From assembly GCA_033764315.1 (NCBI GenBank), contig JANRJA010000242.1, positions 15,700-79,699 on the forward strand: a DNA stretch of 64,000 bases, read 5' to 3'. Position numbers and translations under genes: made by a program. The number at the start of each line of letters is the position of its first letter. Position 1 is the stretch's first letter. The notes beneath the pieces are model-generated. The model ran no database searches. It worked only from the letters and a program-made list of their open reading frames with translations, and was not told the DNA's origin. Of the stretch, positions 1 through 10,116 are shown piece by piece. The stretch is from Oculatellaceae cyanobacterium bins.114. Its GTDB lineage: Bacteria > Cyanobacteriota > Cyanobacteriia > Elainellales > Elainellaceae.

Positions 1-1383
1 TTTGAACACCCTGACAAGTTTTTTCGGTGGCTGTGCAAGTTCACTACTCGACAGTTAAATCTTCCCCTCAAGCTGGATGATTATTGGGATGAAAGCGTGG
101 GCAGCAAGGTCAGCTGCACCCTCTATTTTGAAGGACATCTTCTACCACACCTTAATTGTCCTCTTGTTTTGTTGCTAAACGAGGTCAGCCGAATTTTTGA
201 ATACCCAACCATCGCCAGAGAGTTTTTACCCCTGCTTCGGTTTTGGTATGAGCAAGCGCGTCAGGTCACAATTTGGCAACAATTGCGCCCCGTTGTGCTC
301 CACTCAACTGAAATTTATATTGCGTTGAGTTTGCACCAATCTCCCTTCAATGTGGGGTTATCTCTGCAACTGTTCCCTTTCACCTACAAGCAGATCATGC
401 AACTGGCAGAGCAGTATAAGCTCTTCCCAAAACCAGCCGAGATTGAGATGTTGCTGCATCTAACGGGAGGACAACCCTATCTCGTTCAACTCGCGTTTTA
501 CCATATCTGCGATCGCCAACTATCTCTCAAAACGATTCTAGAATCCGCTACATCGCCACATGGAATTTATGGAGAACACCTCCAGAGTCAAGCGATCGCC
601 CTACAACAACGTCCTGAGCTGCTAAAAGCGTTTCAATTGGTTAATTCAGTTGATGGCTGGTTTTTCTTAGAACCGATGGTGGCGTGCCAATTGGACAGCA
701 TGGGGTTAGTGAGAATGAATGGGGTTGAATGCCAGGTATCTTGTCAGCTTTATCGACAATACTTCAAACAGTCTCAATGGTTTTTGGGGCAATCTAGCGA
801 ACAACAAATTGCCCGACTTGAAGAAGAAAATCAACGGCTTCAAGCCCTCACGACCATCGATGATCTCACGAATATTGCCAATCGTCGTTACTTTGATAAG
901 TGCTTGCGCGAAGAGTGGTGGCGTTTACTCCGAGAAAGGTTGCCTATGTCGTTGATCTTAGGTGACATTGATTGTTTCAAGTTATATAACGATACCCAGG
1001 GGCATCAAGCAGGCGATCGCTGTCTGCAACAAGTGGCATCTGCTATGCAAGCGACTCTCAAACGGGCGGGCGATCTGGTGGCTCGTTATGGTGGCGAAGA
1101 GTTTGCTGTGATTCTGCCGAACACCGATGCAGTCGGAGCCGTTCAAGTGGCAGAGTCACTTTGTGCCGCTATCAGGGCATTGGCGATCGCCCATCCTGCC
1201 ACTCAAGTTGACTCTCAAACCCCTGCTATCATCACGATGAGTCTTGGGGTCGCCAGTATATTGCCTCATACCTATGATGAGCCAGCTCAACTGATTCAAG
1301 CCGCCGATGAGGCACTTTATCATTCAAAAAGTCAGGGGCGCGATCGCGTCACACTTAGTTCGGTTCTCGCGTTCAAGTCCTAA
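1..1383 (+). CDS. AAA_35-type (STAND-like) domain fused to a GGDEF diguanylate cyclase; 5'-partial
   Basis: Frame is open from base 1 ([12 protein letters not shown]...[32 protein letters not shown]). A coiled coil follows, then [10 protein letters not shown] and [14 protein letters not shown] (RxxD I-site plus GGEEF). Confidence 0.88.
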   Translation, partial: FEHPDKFFRWLCKFTTRQLNLPLKLDDYWDESVGSKVSCTLYFEGHLLPHLNCPLVLLLNEVSRIFEYPTIAREFLPLLRFWYEQARQVTIWQQLRPVVLHSTEIYIALSLHQSPFNVGLSLQLFPFTYKQIMQLAEQYKLFPKPAEIEMLLHLTGGQPYLVQLAFYHICDRQLSLKTILESATSPHGIYGEHLQSQAIALQQRPELLKAFQLVNSVDGWFFLEPMVACQLDSMGLVRMNGVECQVSCQLYRQYFKQSQWFLGQSSEQQIARLEEENQRLQALTTIDDLTNIANRRYFDKCLREEWWRLLRERLPMSLILGDIDCFKLYNDTQGHQAGDRCLQQVASAMQATLKRAGDLVARYGGEEFAVILPNTDAVGAVQVAESLCAAIRALAIAHPATQVDSQTPAIITMSLGVASILPHTYDEPAQLIQAADEALYHSKSQGRDRVTLSSVLAFKS

Positions 1384-1403
1384 AGCCCTCTCACCTGTTT
1401 TTT

Positions 1404-4400
1404 ATGATGTATCAGGTTGGCGGTAGTCTCAAAATCGATGCCCTTAGCTATGTACAGCGTTCTGCTGACAATGAGCTTTATGAAGCTCTACAGCAAGCTG
1501 AGTTTTGCTACGTTTTAAACTGTCGGCAGATGGGCAAATCGTCGTTGCTCGTGCAAACTCGTCATCGATTGCAACAGCAAGGATTTCGCTGTGCTGCTAT
1601 TGATATGACCACGATTGGCAGTGAAACGGTGACACCAGAGCAATGGTATAAGGGCATTGCCACTGAGTTGTGGCGAAGTTTTCAGCTTCTGGGCAAGTGG
1701 GATCTTAAAAGTTGGTGGCTCGATCAAACCAATCTATCGATAGTGCAACGGTTAAGCCAATTAATCGATGAGTTACTGCTCACCATTTTTCCAGGCGATC
1801 GCCTCATTATTTTTATCGATGAGATTGACAGTATTCTCAGTCTTAACTTTTCAGTGGATGATTTTTTTGCCTTGATTCGTTATTTCTATAATGAACGAGC
1901 TATTAATCCGGCATATAACCGCCTCACATTTGCCATTTTTGGAGTTGCAACGCCTTCTGATCTGATTCAAGACCGCACCCGCACTCCCTTTAATATTGGC
2001 AGAGCCATTGAGCTTCAGGGGCTAAACAGAGAAGATGCCCAACCGTTAATGCGGGGGTTTAATGTTGTCGAGGGCAACCCACAAGCTATCCTAGACGCCA
2101 TCCTTGATTGGACGAATGGACAACCCTTTTTAACTCAAAAGCTGTGTCAATTGGTGGCAGATCTGAGCGATCGCCACCAAGAAAGCCTCACGATTCCAGC
2201 AGGCACTGAGGGGTTTTGGGTTGAGAGTTTAGTGCAAGGGCAAATCCTGCAAAAATGGGAGGTTCAAGACGAACCAGAACACCTGCGAACTATTCGCGAT
2301 CGCATCGAGCGCAATGGGCAGCGTGCCGCCCGCATGTTAGGTCTCTACCATCAGATTCTTCAGGGCATCACAGTTCCCGTGGATGACAGCCAGGAACAAC
2401 GAGAACTGCTACTTTCAGGATTAGTCAGCAAACAACAAGGGGGCTTGGTCGTCAAGAACCGGATCTATGAAGCCGTGTTTGATCTGGCATGGGTGCAGCA
2501 GCAACTGGCGAAACTGCGCCCCTATTCTCAAAACCTGGACGCCTGGATAGCCTCGCAGCAGCAAGATGAATCGCGGCTGTTACGAGGGCAAGCTCTAGAA
2601 GATGCGTTGAACTGGTCGCACGACAAAAGTTTGAGCAATTTAGACTATCAGTTTTTAGCGACTAGCCAGGAACTCGATCGCCAAGAAACTCGCCGCCGCT
2701 TTGAGGGCGATCGCCTCAAAGAAGTGCAGCTTCGACTTGCGGTCGAACAAAAGAGTGCTCGCCGACAACGGTTCTTCTTGATCGTTGTCAGCTTTGCTCT
2801 GGCGATCGCCCTTGCTCTAGCGGGTCTTGCCTTCTATCAATATCAACAGGCCATCAAGAATCAGCAGCTTGCGTTGCAAAATGAGATCCAGGCGATCGCC
2901 ACTTCCTCTAATGCCCTTTACTTCTCAGGACGAGAACTCAATGGCATGTTAGCAGGGTTACAAGCCCAGCAAAAACTAGCCCACCTCAGTCAACCGCCAC
3001 CCGCCCTGCGTCAAGAAGTTGAGTTGGCTCTGCGAAAATCTGCTTACAACATCACTGAGTCAAATCGATTATTGGGGCATCAATCAGAAGTCAATGGCGT
3101 TGCTTTTAGCCCCGATGGCGAACTCATTGTCTCTGGCAGCACCGATCAAACCGTTAAACTGTGGGAACGAAATGGCACTTTACTCAAAACCTTGACAGGC
3201 CATACAGCAGCTGTTTGGGCAACCATGTTTAGCCCTGATGGTGAATTGATCGCGTCTTCTAGCGAAGACCACACGATCAAACTGTGGAATCGGGATGGTA
3301 CTCTGCTCAAAACGTTAACCGGACATACCTCAACCGTGTGGTACACCCTCTTTAGCCCCGATGGGCAACAGCTTGCTTCTGCGTCAGCAGACGGCACTAT
3401 CAAACTCTGGAGCCGCGATGGGCAACTGATCAAAACCCTCAAGGGTCATACAGAAAGCGTCAATACCGTTGTTTTTAGCCCCGACGGGCAACAGTTGGTT
3501 TCTGCTGGCAATGATTCGACTATCCGCATCTGGGGAGTGGACGGAACGCTGATCAAAACGATCGAAGATAGGGATCAAGTGATCGGCATGGCAATTTTTA
3601 GCCCTGATAGCCAACAAATTATTGCCGCCTCAGACAATGGCACGCTCAAGTTTTGGAGCCGGAATGGAGCACTGCTCAAAAGCATTGATGCTCATCCGGG
3701 GGGTGCTTGGTCAGCAGAATTTAGTCCCGATGGTCGCTGGTTAGTGACCAGTGGTAATGATCAAACCATTAAACTGTGGAATCGGGATGGTGTATTGCTC
3801 AAAACCTTAACCGGACACACGCAAGGCGTTTGGTCTGCTAGTTTTAGCCCCGATGGGCAAACCATTATTTCCTGTGCGTGGGATCGCACCATTCGGCTCT
3901 GGCAGTTAAACAACCCTATGTTAAACGTGTTGCGAGACCACAATGATGGGGTTCGTGGTGTGGGAGTCAGCCCCGATGGTCGGTGGATTGCTTCTGCCTC
4001 TTTCGACAACACGATCAAACTCTGGCAACCAGATGGCACTCTAGTCAACACCCTAAAAGGACACGTGGGCACCGTCAATACAGTTGCCTTTAGCCCCGAT
4101 AGTCAGACCATTGCCTCTGCCGCAGATGATGCTACAGTCAGGCTCTGGAACCTTGATGGACAGTTGTTAACCACCTTTCAAGGACATGCCAGTGAAGTGC
4201 AAGCAGTGGCATTTAGCCCCGACGGTCAACTGCTGGCATCCGGCGGATGGGACAATGAAGTCAAACTGTGGAAGCCAGATGGCACAGTTCTCAAAACCCT
4301 CAAGGGGCACACGACAACGATCTGGTTTATTGCCTTTAGCCCTGATGGTCAATTGATTGCCTCTGCTAGTAGTGATGGCACGGTTAAGCTATGGCAACGC

Positions 4401-4883
4401 GATGGATCAAGGGTTGCCACCCTCAACGGGCACGCATCCAGCGTTTTCTCAGTCGCCTTTAGCCCCGATGGTCAACTGATTGCCTCTGCCAGCAACGATG
4501 GCACGTTGAAACTGTGGCGGCGCGATGGTTCACTTGTCAACACCATTGCAGGACAGCAGGTTGATCCCTTATTCGCGGTAGCCTTTAGTCCCGATGGTAA
4601 GGTTGTCGCATCTGGCTCAGAAGGCAACCAAGTGCAACTATGGCAACTCGATGGAACAGCGATCGCAACACTCAACGGACATCGTAGTCGCGTTACTGGC
4701 TTAGCCTTCGACGTTCATGGCAAGTTCCTGGCTTCTGCCAGTCAAGACAATACAGTTGTCCTATGGCAACTGCAAGAGGCAATTGATTTCAACCGAGTTT
4801 ACTCCCATAGCTGTGAGTGGGTCAAAAACTATTTGCAACACAGCACAGACCCACAAGAGCGATCGCTCTGCACGGCCAGTTAA
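1404..4883 (+). CDS. AAA_35 NTPase - transmembrane helix - WD40 repeat protein (about 14 repeats)
   Basis: NCRQMGKSS Walker A, IIFIDEID Walker B, RTPFNIG. TM segment [21 protein letters not shown]. Repeated GH...FSPDG...W units with 41-aa period. Confidence 0.92.
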   Translation: MMYQVGGSLKIDALSYVQRSADNELYEALQQAEFCYVLNCRQMGKSSLLVQTRHRLQQQGFRCAAIDMTTIGSETVTPEQWYKGIATELWRSFQLLGKWDLKSWWLDQTNLSIVQRLSQLIDELLLTIFPGDRLIIFIDEIDSILSLNFSVDDFFALIRYFYNERAINPAYNRLTFAIFGVATPSDLIQDRTRTPFNIGRAIELQGLNREDAQPLMRGFNVVEGNPQAILDAILDWTNGQPFLTQKLCQLVADLSDRHQESLTIPAGTEGFWVESLVQGQILQKWEVQDEPEHLRTIRDRIERNGQRAARMLGLYHQILQGITVPVDDSQEQRELLLSGLVSKQQGGLVVKNRIYEAVFDLAWVQQQLAKLRPYSQNLDAWIASQQQDESRLLRGQALEDALNWSHDKSLSNLDYQFLATSQELDRQETRRRFEGDRLKEVQLRLAVEQKSARRQRFFLIVVSFALAIALALAGLAFYQYQQAIKNQQLALQNEIQAIATSSNALYFSGRELNGMLAGLQAQQKLAHLSQPPPALRQEVELALRKSAYNITESNRLLGHQSEVNGVAFSPDGELIVSGSTDQTVKLWERNGTLLKTLTGHTAAVWATMFSPDGELIASSSEDHTIKLWNRDGTLLKTLTGHTSTVWYTLFSPDGQQLASASADGTIKLWSRDGQLIKTLKGHTESVNTVVFSPDGQQLVSAGNDSTIRIWGVDGTLIKTIEDRDQVIGMAIFSPDSQQIIAASDNGTLKFWSRNGALLKSIDAHPGGAWSAEFSPDGRWLVTSGNDQTIKLWNRDGVLLKTLTGHTQGVWSASFSPDGQTIISCAWDRTIRLWQLNNPMLNVLRDHNDGVRGVGVSPDGRWIASASFDNTIKLWQPDGTLVNTLKGHVGTVNTVAFSPDSQTIASAADDATVRLWNLDGQLLTTFQGHASEVQAVAFSPDGQLLASGGWDNEVKLWKPDGTVLKTLKGHTTTIWFIAFSPDGQLIASASSDGTVKLWQRDGSRVATLNGHASSVFSVAFSPDGQLIASASNDGTLKLWRRDGSLVNTIAGQQVDPLFAVAFSPDGKVVASGSEGNQVQLWQLDGTAIATLNGHRSRVTGLAFDVHGKFLASASQDNTVVLWQLQEAIDFNRVYSHSCEWVKNYLQHSTDPQERSLCTAS

Positions 4884-4942
4884 GCCAACCCGTTAAGCCC
4901 ATGATTTTGTAAGAGCGTTTCACAAAACATGGCTCTAAAGGT

Positions 4943-7900
4943 TCACGGCATGATGCCATCACAAAGGGTGCGATTGCCCACATCAGAGCTACTGCTGTTG
5001 TGCAGATAGTCTCGTAACCAGTGACACCCACGCTCCAGCGAAATATCCAGATTAAAATCCCATAGAACAACAGCATCAGCACTAGCAGAGGCAACGATTT
5101 TGCCATCATTGCTAAAGCTTAACCCTGTGATTGCACTATCATTGCGTTTTAGGGTTGCCAACAATTTTCCAGTTTCAGCATTCCATAATTTAATCGTGCC
5201 ATCCGAGCTAGCCGATACAAACAATTTGCCATCTCGGCTAAAGGCAATGCTAGTCACAGCACTGATGTGCCCTTCTAACGTTCTGAGATATTCGCCATCG
5301 CGACTCCAAAGTCGAATGGTAGTATCGGTGCTAGCAGAAGCAATCGTTCGACCGTCAGGGCTAAAACTGACACTGTTAATTCGGTTAGTGTGTCCTTTCA
5401 ACGTTGCCAGATTTTCACCTTCTAAATTCCAGAGTTTGACCGTGTTATCCACGCTGCCTGTGGCAATCATGGTGCTATCAGGACTAAAGCTAATACTGGT
5501 GATTTCGTCATTATGCGCTTGAAAGGTGTGAATCTTGTCACCCTCTAGATTCCAAAAGGTAAGTCTGCCAATGTCTTTGCGATAGCCATCGGTATAAATC
5601 TCAGGAGTTGTAATCGCAGCGGCGATCGCTTTTCCATCAGGACTAAAACTGACGCTGTTAATTTTGCCGGGGGTGTCAATGTTCAGCAATTCGTCTCCCT
5701 CTAGACTCCACACCCGAATCTGTCCTGGCTTGGCAAACGTAGAAGTGACAGTGCCCTCAGCCGTTTGAGAGATCGCCGGGAGAGGATTTTCAGCGATCGC
5801 AATCTGTTCTCCATTGGGGCTAAAGCTGATGCTATCGACGCTACCGTGAGCCACAAAGCGAGCTTTTTGCCGACCGTCTATGCCCCACAAGATGAGTGCT
5901 CCATTATTCTCGGCCTGATCTGACGGGTTTGATTCCTCTAATTCTTCTGGGTTATTGACAATCCCCCCTGCGGCAATCGTGCGACCATCGGGGCTAAAGC
6001 TCACACTGGCAAGCAAACTGTTGGGTTCTTGCAGAGTCACAGGTTGAATTCCACTCAGCTTCCATAAGCGAATTGTGTTGTTGCCATCGGTCGATGCCAG
6101 ACTATCATCTGGGCCAAAATTAATACTAATCACCCGATCGACTCTCAACGTCTTAACCGTCTCAAACTCAGCAGCAGTAGGGGTGTCGTGTCCCCAAATT
6201 TTGACCGTATCGTCTGCACTGGCGATCGCCAACAGGGTGCCATCAGCATTGAAATTTAATCCTGTGATGCGATCGCTCTGCCCCGTCAAAATCTGCAACA
6301 AATCACCTTGCCGATTCCACAGTTTAACCGTGCTATCCATTGCACCCGAAGCAATTACATTACCATCTGGGCTGATGCTAACAGACGTCACTCGACTGCC
6401 GTGGTCGATCGTCTGCAATAGATCGCCATTAGCCCCCCATACCCTCACTGTGCCATCCCAACTCCCCGTCACCAAAGTGCCGTCCTGACTAAAGCTCAAG
6501 GTTTTGACGCGATCGCTATGCTCAATTAGAGTTCGCATCAGGGTGCCATCCGAACGCCACAGATTAATGGTGTTGTCGTCACTGGTCGAAGCGATGATGC
6601 GACCATCTGGGCTAAAGCTGACACTGGTGACTGGGCCGGTGTGTCCTCTCAGGCTCTGGAGCTCGTCACCCTCTAGATTCCATAACTTCACCGTGCCATC
6701 ATCACTGGCAGAGGCGATCGTGCGACCATCTGGACTAAAACTGATACTATTGACCCGATTGGTGTGACCTCTCAAGATGTGCAACAGTTTGCCGTCAATG
6801 CTCCACAATCGCACTGTGTTGTCTGCACTAGCAGAGGCAATGATTTGACCATCGGGGCTAAAACTCGCATAGTCAACCCACGACTCATGCCCCACCAAAC
6901 GGTTATATTCCTGCACCGAGTAAATGGTGTGTTGCATGAGACTGAGCGTTGCAATCTCTAACTCTGCGGGTCTGGCAATCATGTCTTGCAGTTGTCGCCC
7001 TGCCCGAATGCTAGCAACTAGTGCACCCAACTGATCATCCGAAGATAGCAGGGCCGAAGATTGAGAAGTCGTGGCGTTAATTTCAGCGATCGCGGCCCGT
7101 CGAGCTTGCAGATAAGCGTAAGAAGCTGCCCCTGCCGTCAGCATCGCCAACAAGGTGCCCATGCCCGCGATCGCAAATGCCAACCGCTGCTCTTTACGAG
7201 TGCGTTTGAGTTTGGCTTGCAACTCAGCCTCGCGTGCTCTGGCTTTTAATAGCTCTTTATCACGTTGCAGTTGCTCAATCTCAGCTTGCCGTTGTTTTTC
7301 GAGTCGGCGTAGTTCTGAAATCTGCTTCAGCAGGGCAGGTTGTTGTTTTTTGCGAATCAGGGCAACCAGATAATCGTGAACCAACTGATAGCGAGGAGCA
7401 GGCACCTCTGGCAAAAACTGCACCAGGCCAGAGTTAACCAAGATTTTGAGAATCAGGTCGAGTGGTTCTGCTCTCCCCGGCAAGTTGACGGTTAACTGCG
7501 ACAAATTTTTGGTTAATTCATTCAGCGTTTTCAGCGTTTCATCAAGGGGGTCAGCATCCGCTGTCAAATTCATCGCCAGCTTTGCCAGACTCTCGGTTAG
7601 CTCATCTAGAGTCCTCAAAGGACGAGTGCCCTTTTCATCGGTCAGCAAATACAACACCAGGTTAGCGAGTTGCTGATTGGGCGGTCCACAATCTTCTACG
7701 ACTCGTTCTAAAAACCGTTCTACTAACTTCTCTTTAGGGTTGTCTCCTAATGCCCGATATTGATGCAGCGTAATGATGTCGTCTTCCTGTAACTGGGCAC
7801 CCACGAGTTGCAACTCAATCGGACGCACCTCTCCCGACTCTTGCGCCAAATCTTGAACCAATTGATCAATCAGGGCAGGTTCTAACGAAAATTGCGATCG

Positions 7901-10114
7901 CTGCGTTAGCCGTTGCACGATCAGTTTGGCATCATTCGCCAAAAAGTTACCCAGAGGATAGCGATTATCGCGGCTGAGAATATTGTTGGTGACATCATCC
8001 AGTTGCAACCGTTCACACTCCAGCAAATGGTGCAAATAATCCTCGCGCACTGACAGCACTACTTTGACAAAGGGCAACTTCAGACACTCTCCAAAAAACT
8101 CAAAGAACGAGCGTCGATGGAGTAAGTCAGGATAGATAAAAAAGAATTCTTCAAACTGGTCAAATACGAGCACCGTTAACAAACTTTGTTGATCAGCGTT
8201 CGCCCGCAGACAATCGATTAAGTGATGAATACTGGGTTCCTCATGTTTTGGCATTTTCCAGCGAATGCCCCGCTTTGCCAAGGCTCTTGACAAGCGATTG
8301 CCCATCTCTCGAATCCAGTCGGTATAGATATTCAACACCACCGCTAAGGGATTGCGGGCCTCAATCGGTTTTTGTTCCAGGGCTGGCACCAGTCCAGCAT
8401 TGATGATCGAGCTTTTGCCCACACCCGATTGCCCGTGGATGATAGTGAGGCTATATTGGCGACTACTGAGCCGCTCCAGCAAATGCTCGACATCGCGTTG
8501 TCGGCCAGAGGCAGAGATTTCCTGGGCGATCGCGATCGGTTGAGACGATGCCCCTGAGGTCTGGTTTAACGATGAGTCGTGGTTTTCTGGAATCTCTAAC
8601 GACACGATCGCTGGATTAATGACCTGTCGCTCGGCTTTGAGGCGACCCGCCCCCAAGAACGCTCTAAGGCTATATTGCTGCTCAATCGATCGCTGTTCTT
8701 GCTTAGTTTCAAAGGCTTTGAGATATTCCCCTTGTTTGTAATAGAGCGATCGCAATACCTCTAGAATGCGGGTATATAACAGCGGATCATAGGCATGGCG
8801 ACAGGCACTCATTGCCACTTCCAGGTTCTCAACGGCCTCTGACAACAGCCCTAAGCGGTGTTGTGCCTGTGCTAGCAACAGCAGATACAAACTGCGATAG
8901 TGAGGACGCGCCCAATTTAACTCGGAATAGCGGTATTGATTTTCTTCATTGGGTTCTGGAAATCGTTCGTTGGCCTGGAGTGCCAGTTCGGCATAGTGTT
9001 CTGCTTCTTGCCACGATTCACGAGCTAACGCCACCTCAGCGAGTAAGCCATAGCTATAAGCAAGGCGCACTGAGTCATTTAAATTTTGATGCAATCGCAC
9101 TGCGGTATGGGCGATCGCGGCTAACTCTTCCCATTCACCCAACCGTTGCAACACCTCACCCAAGGCGATGATAAATTTAGCGGCTAAATCAGGGTGATTG
9201 TCACGCAGCAATCCATCTACACACTGGCGATAATAGTCGCGCGATCGCCGACAGGCTAAGCCAAACTCGGCTCGATGCAACGCCGCATAGCGTCGCCACC
9301 ACAACCCCAGATAAAACAACACACAGGCACGCCGACGACTAGCCGTGCTGTCATAAGAGGTATTGGCTTTCCAAAAGCCCAAACTCTTTTGATAGTGCTG
9401 ATATGCCTTGTCCAACTGATTGTTAGCATAGGCATCTAAACCCAAAATAAATTCCAGACTCGCTGCCAGATCGAGATCCAATTCCTGGTGTCGTTTTTGT
9501 AAGTCTGCTAGAGCAATTCTTAATTCAGGTTGCGCAAAGGAATCGGTTTCTAAATAGAGGGCAGAGCTGCGGGGAATACGACCTGCCCCAACATCGGTTG
9601 CCCGCTCAAACAATGCATCTGCCTGTTGTTTGAGCAATTGCACTAGATCCTCAAGGGCGATCGCAAAACGAATGGGCACCCCTGCCCAACTGTTAAAGTC
9701 AGGGGCTAGCCTCGACAGTTTCTGCATAATCGCGTCATTGACCCAAAGAATCAGGGGAAAGTTGAAACTCTTGCGAAACTCATCCCGCACTTGATTCGTC
9801 GCGGTTAAGACATCATCGAGATCTTTTACCGCATCTAGCCCCAAAATCATCAATGCCTGGGGTTGCTCTTGTCCTAACTGGGTTTTGATAAAGGTATATA
9901 GCGTCTTCTCAGTATTGTGCAGCGACAATTCTCGAATCGGGATAGGGCACTGTTCTCGCAGTTTTTGACGAATCTGTTCTTGCACTCTGCTGTAGTTGCA
10001 GCGTACCAAAATCAGGGAAAACCGCCCTTGAGAAAAGGCGATCGCCCGCGATAACGTCTTCAATGATTCCTCGTTGTAAGCAGCGACGTCTTCAGAGTGC
10101 AATAAGTCAGTCAT
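4943..10114 (-). CDS. Multidomain STAND protein: degenerate P-loop-like N-terminus, TPR-like helices, nSTAND1-type NTPase, TM helix, WD40 repeats
   Basis: GQSGVGKSS, VLVFDQFEEFF, VRPIELQLVGAQL, YQLVHDYL. TM LAFAIAGMGTLLAMLTAGAASYAYL. Many GH..FSPDG..W repeats. Confidence 0.9.
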   Translation of the reverse strand: MTDLLHSEDVAAYNEESLKTLSRAIAFSQGRFSLILVRCNYSRVQEQIRQKLREQCPIPIRELSLHNTEKTLYTFIKTQLGQEQPQALMILGLDAVKDLDDVLTATNQVRDEFRKSFNFPLILWVNDAIMQKLSRLAPDFNSWAGVPIRFAIALEDLVQLLKQQADALFERATDVGAGRIPRSSALYLETDSFAQPELRIALADLQKRHQELDLDLAASLEFILGLDAYANNQLDKAYQHYQKSLGFWKANTSYDSTASRRRACVLFYLGLWWRRYAALHRAEFGLACRRSRDYYRQCVDGLLRDNHPDLAAKFIIALGEVLQRLGEWEELAAIAHTAVRLHQNLNDSVRLAYSYGLLAEVALARESWQEAEHYAELALQANERFPEPNEENQYRYSELNWARPHYRSLYLLLLAQAQHRLGLLSEAVENLEVAMSACRHAYDPLLYTRILEVLRSLYYKQGEYLKAFETKQEQRSIEQQYSLRAFLGAGRLKAERQVINPAIVSLEIPENHDSSLNQTSGASSQPIAIAQEISASGRQRDVEHLLERLSSRQYSLTIIHGQSGVGKSSIINAGLVPALEQKPIEARNPLAVVLNIYTDWIREMGNRLSRALAKRGIRWKMPKHEEPSIHHLIDCLRANADQQSLLTVLVFDQFEEFFFIYPDLLHRRSFFEFFGECLKLPFVKVVLSVREDYLHHLLECERLQLDDVTNNILSRDNRYPLGNFLANDAKLIVQRLTQRSQFSLEPALIDQLVQDLAQESGEVRPIELQLVGAQLQEDDIITLHQYRALGDNPKEKLVERFLERVVEDCGPPNQQLANLVLYLLTDEKGTRPLRTLDELTESLAKLAMNLTADADPLDETLKTLNELTKNLSQLTVNLPGRAEPLDLILKILVNSGLVQFLPEVPAPRYQLVHDYLVALIRKKQQPALLKQISELRRLEKQRQAEIEQLQRDKELLKARAREAELQAKLKRTRKEQRLAFAIAGMGTLLAMLTAGAASYAYLQARRAAIAEINATTSQSSALLSSDDQLGALVASIRAGRQLQDMIARPAELEIATLSLMQHTIYSVQEYNRLVGHESWVDYASFSPDGQIIASASADNTVRLWSIDGKLLHILRGHTNRVNSISFSPDGRTIASASDDGTVKLWNLEGDELQSLRGHTGPVTSVSFSPDGRIIASTSDDNTINLWRSDGTLMRTLIEHSDRVKTLSFSQDGTLVTGSWDGTVRVWGANGDLLQTIDHGSRVTSVSISPDGNVIASGAMDSTVKLWNRQGDLLQILTGQSDRITGLNFNADGTLLAIASADDTVKIWGHDTPTAAEFETVKTLRVDRVISINFGPDDSLASTDGNNTIRLWKLSGIQPVTLQEPNSLLASVSFSPDGRTIAAGGIVNNPEELEESNPSDQAENNGALILWGIDGRQKARFVAHGSVDSISFSPNGEQIAIAENPLPAISQTAEGTVTSTFAKPGQIRVWSLEGDELLNIDTPGKINSVSFSPDGKAIAAAITTPEIYTDGYRKDIGRLTFWNLEGDKIHTFQAHNDEITSISFSPDSTMIATGSVDNTVKLWNLEGENLATLKGHTNRINSVSFSPDGRTIASASTDTTIRLWSRDGEYLRTLEGHISAVTSIAFSRDGKLFVSASSDGTIKLWNAETGKLLATLKRNDSAITGLSFSNDGKIVASASADAVVLWDFNLDISLERGCHWLRDYLHNSSSSDVGNRTLCDGIMP

Positions 10115-10116
10115 GG

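Noticed and set aside
3146-6767. Repetitive antisense ORFs (PSGLK motifs)
   Set aside because: Shadow frames of the WD40 repeats.
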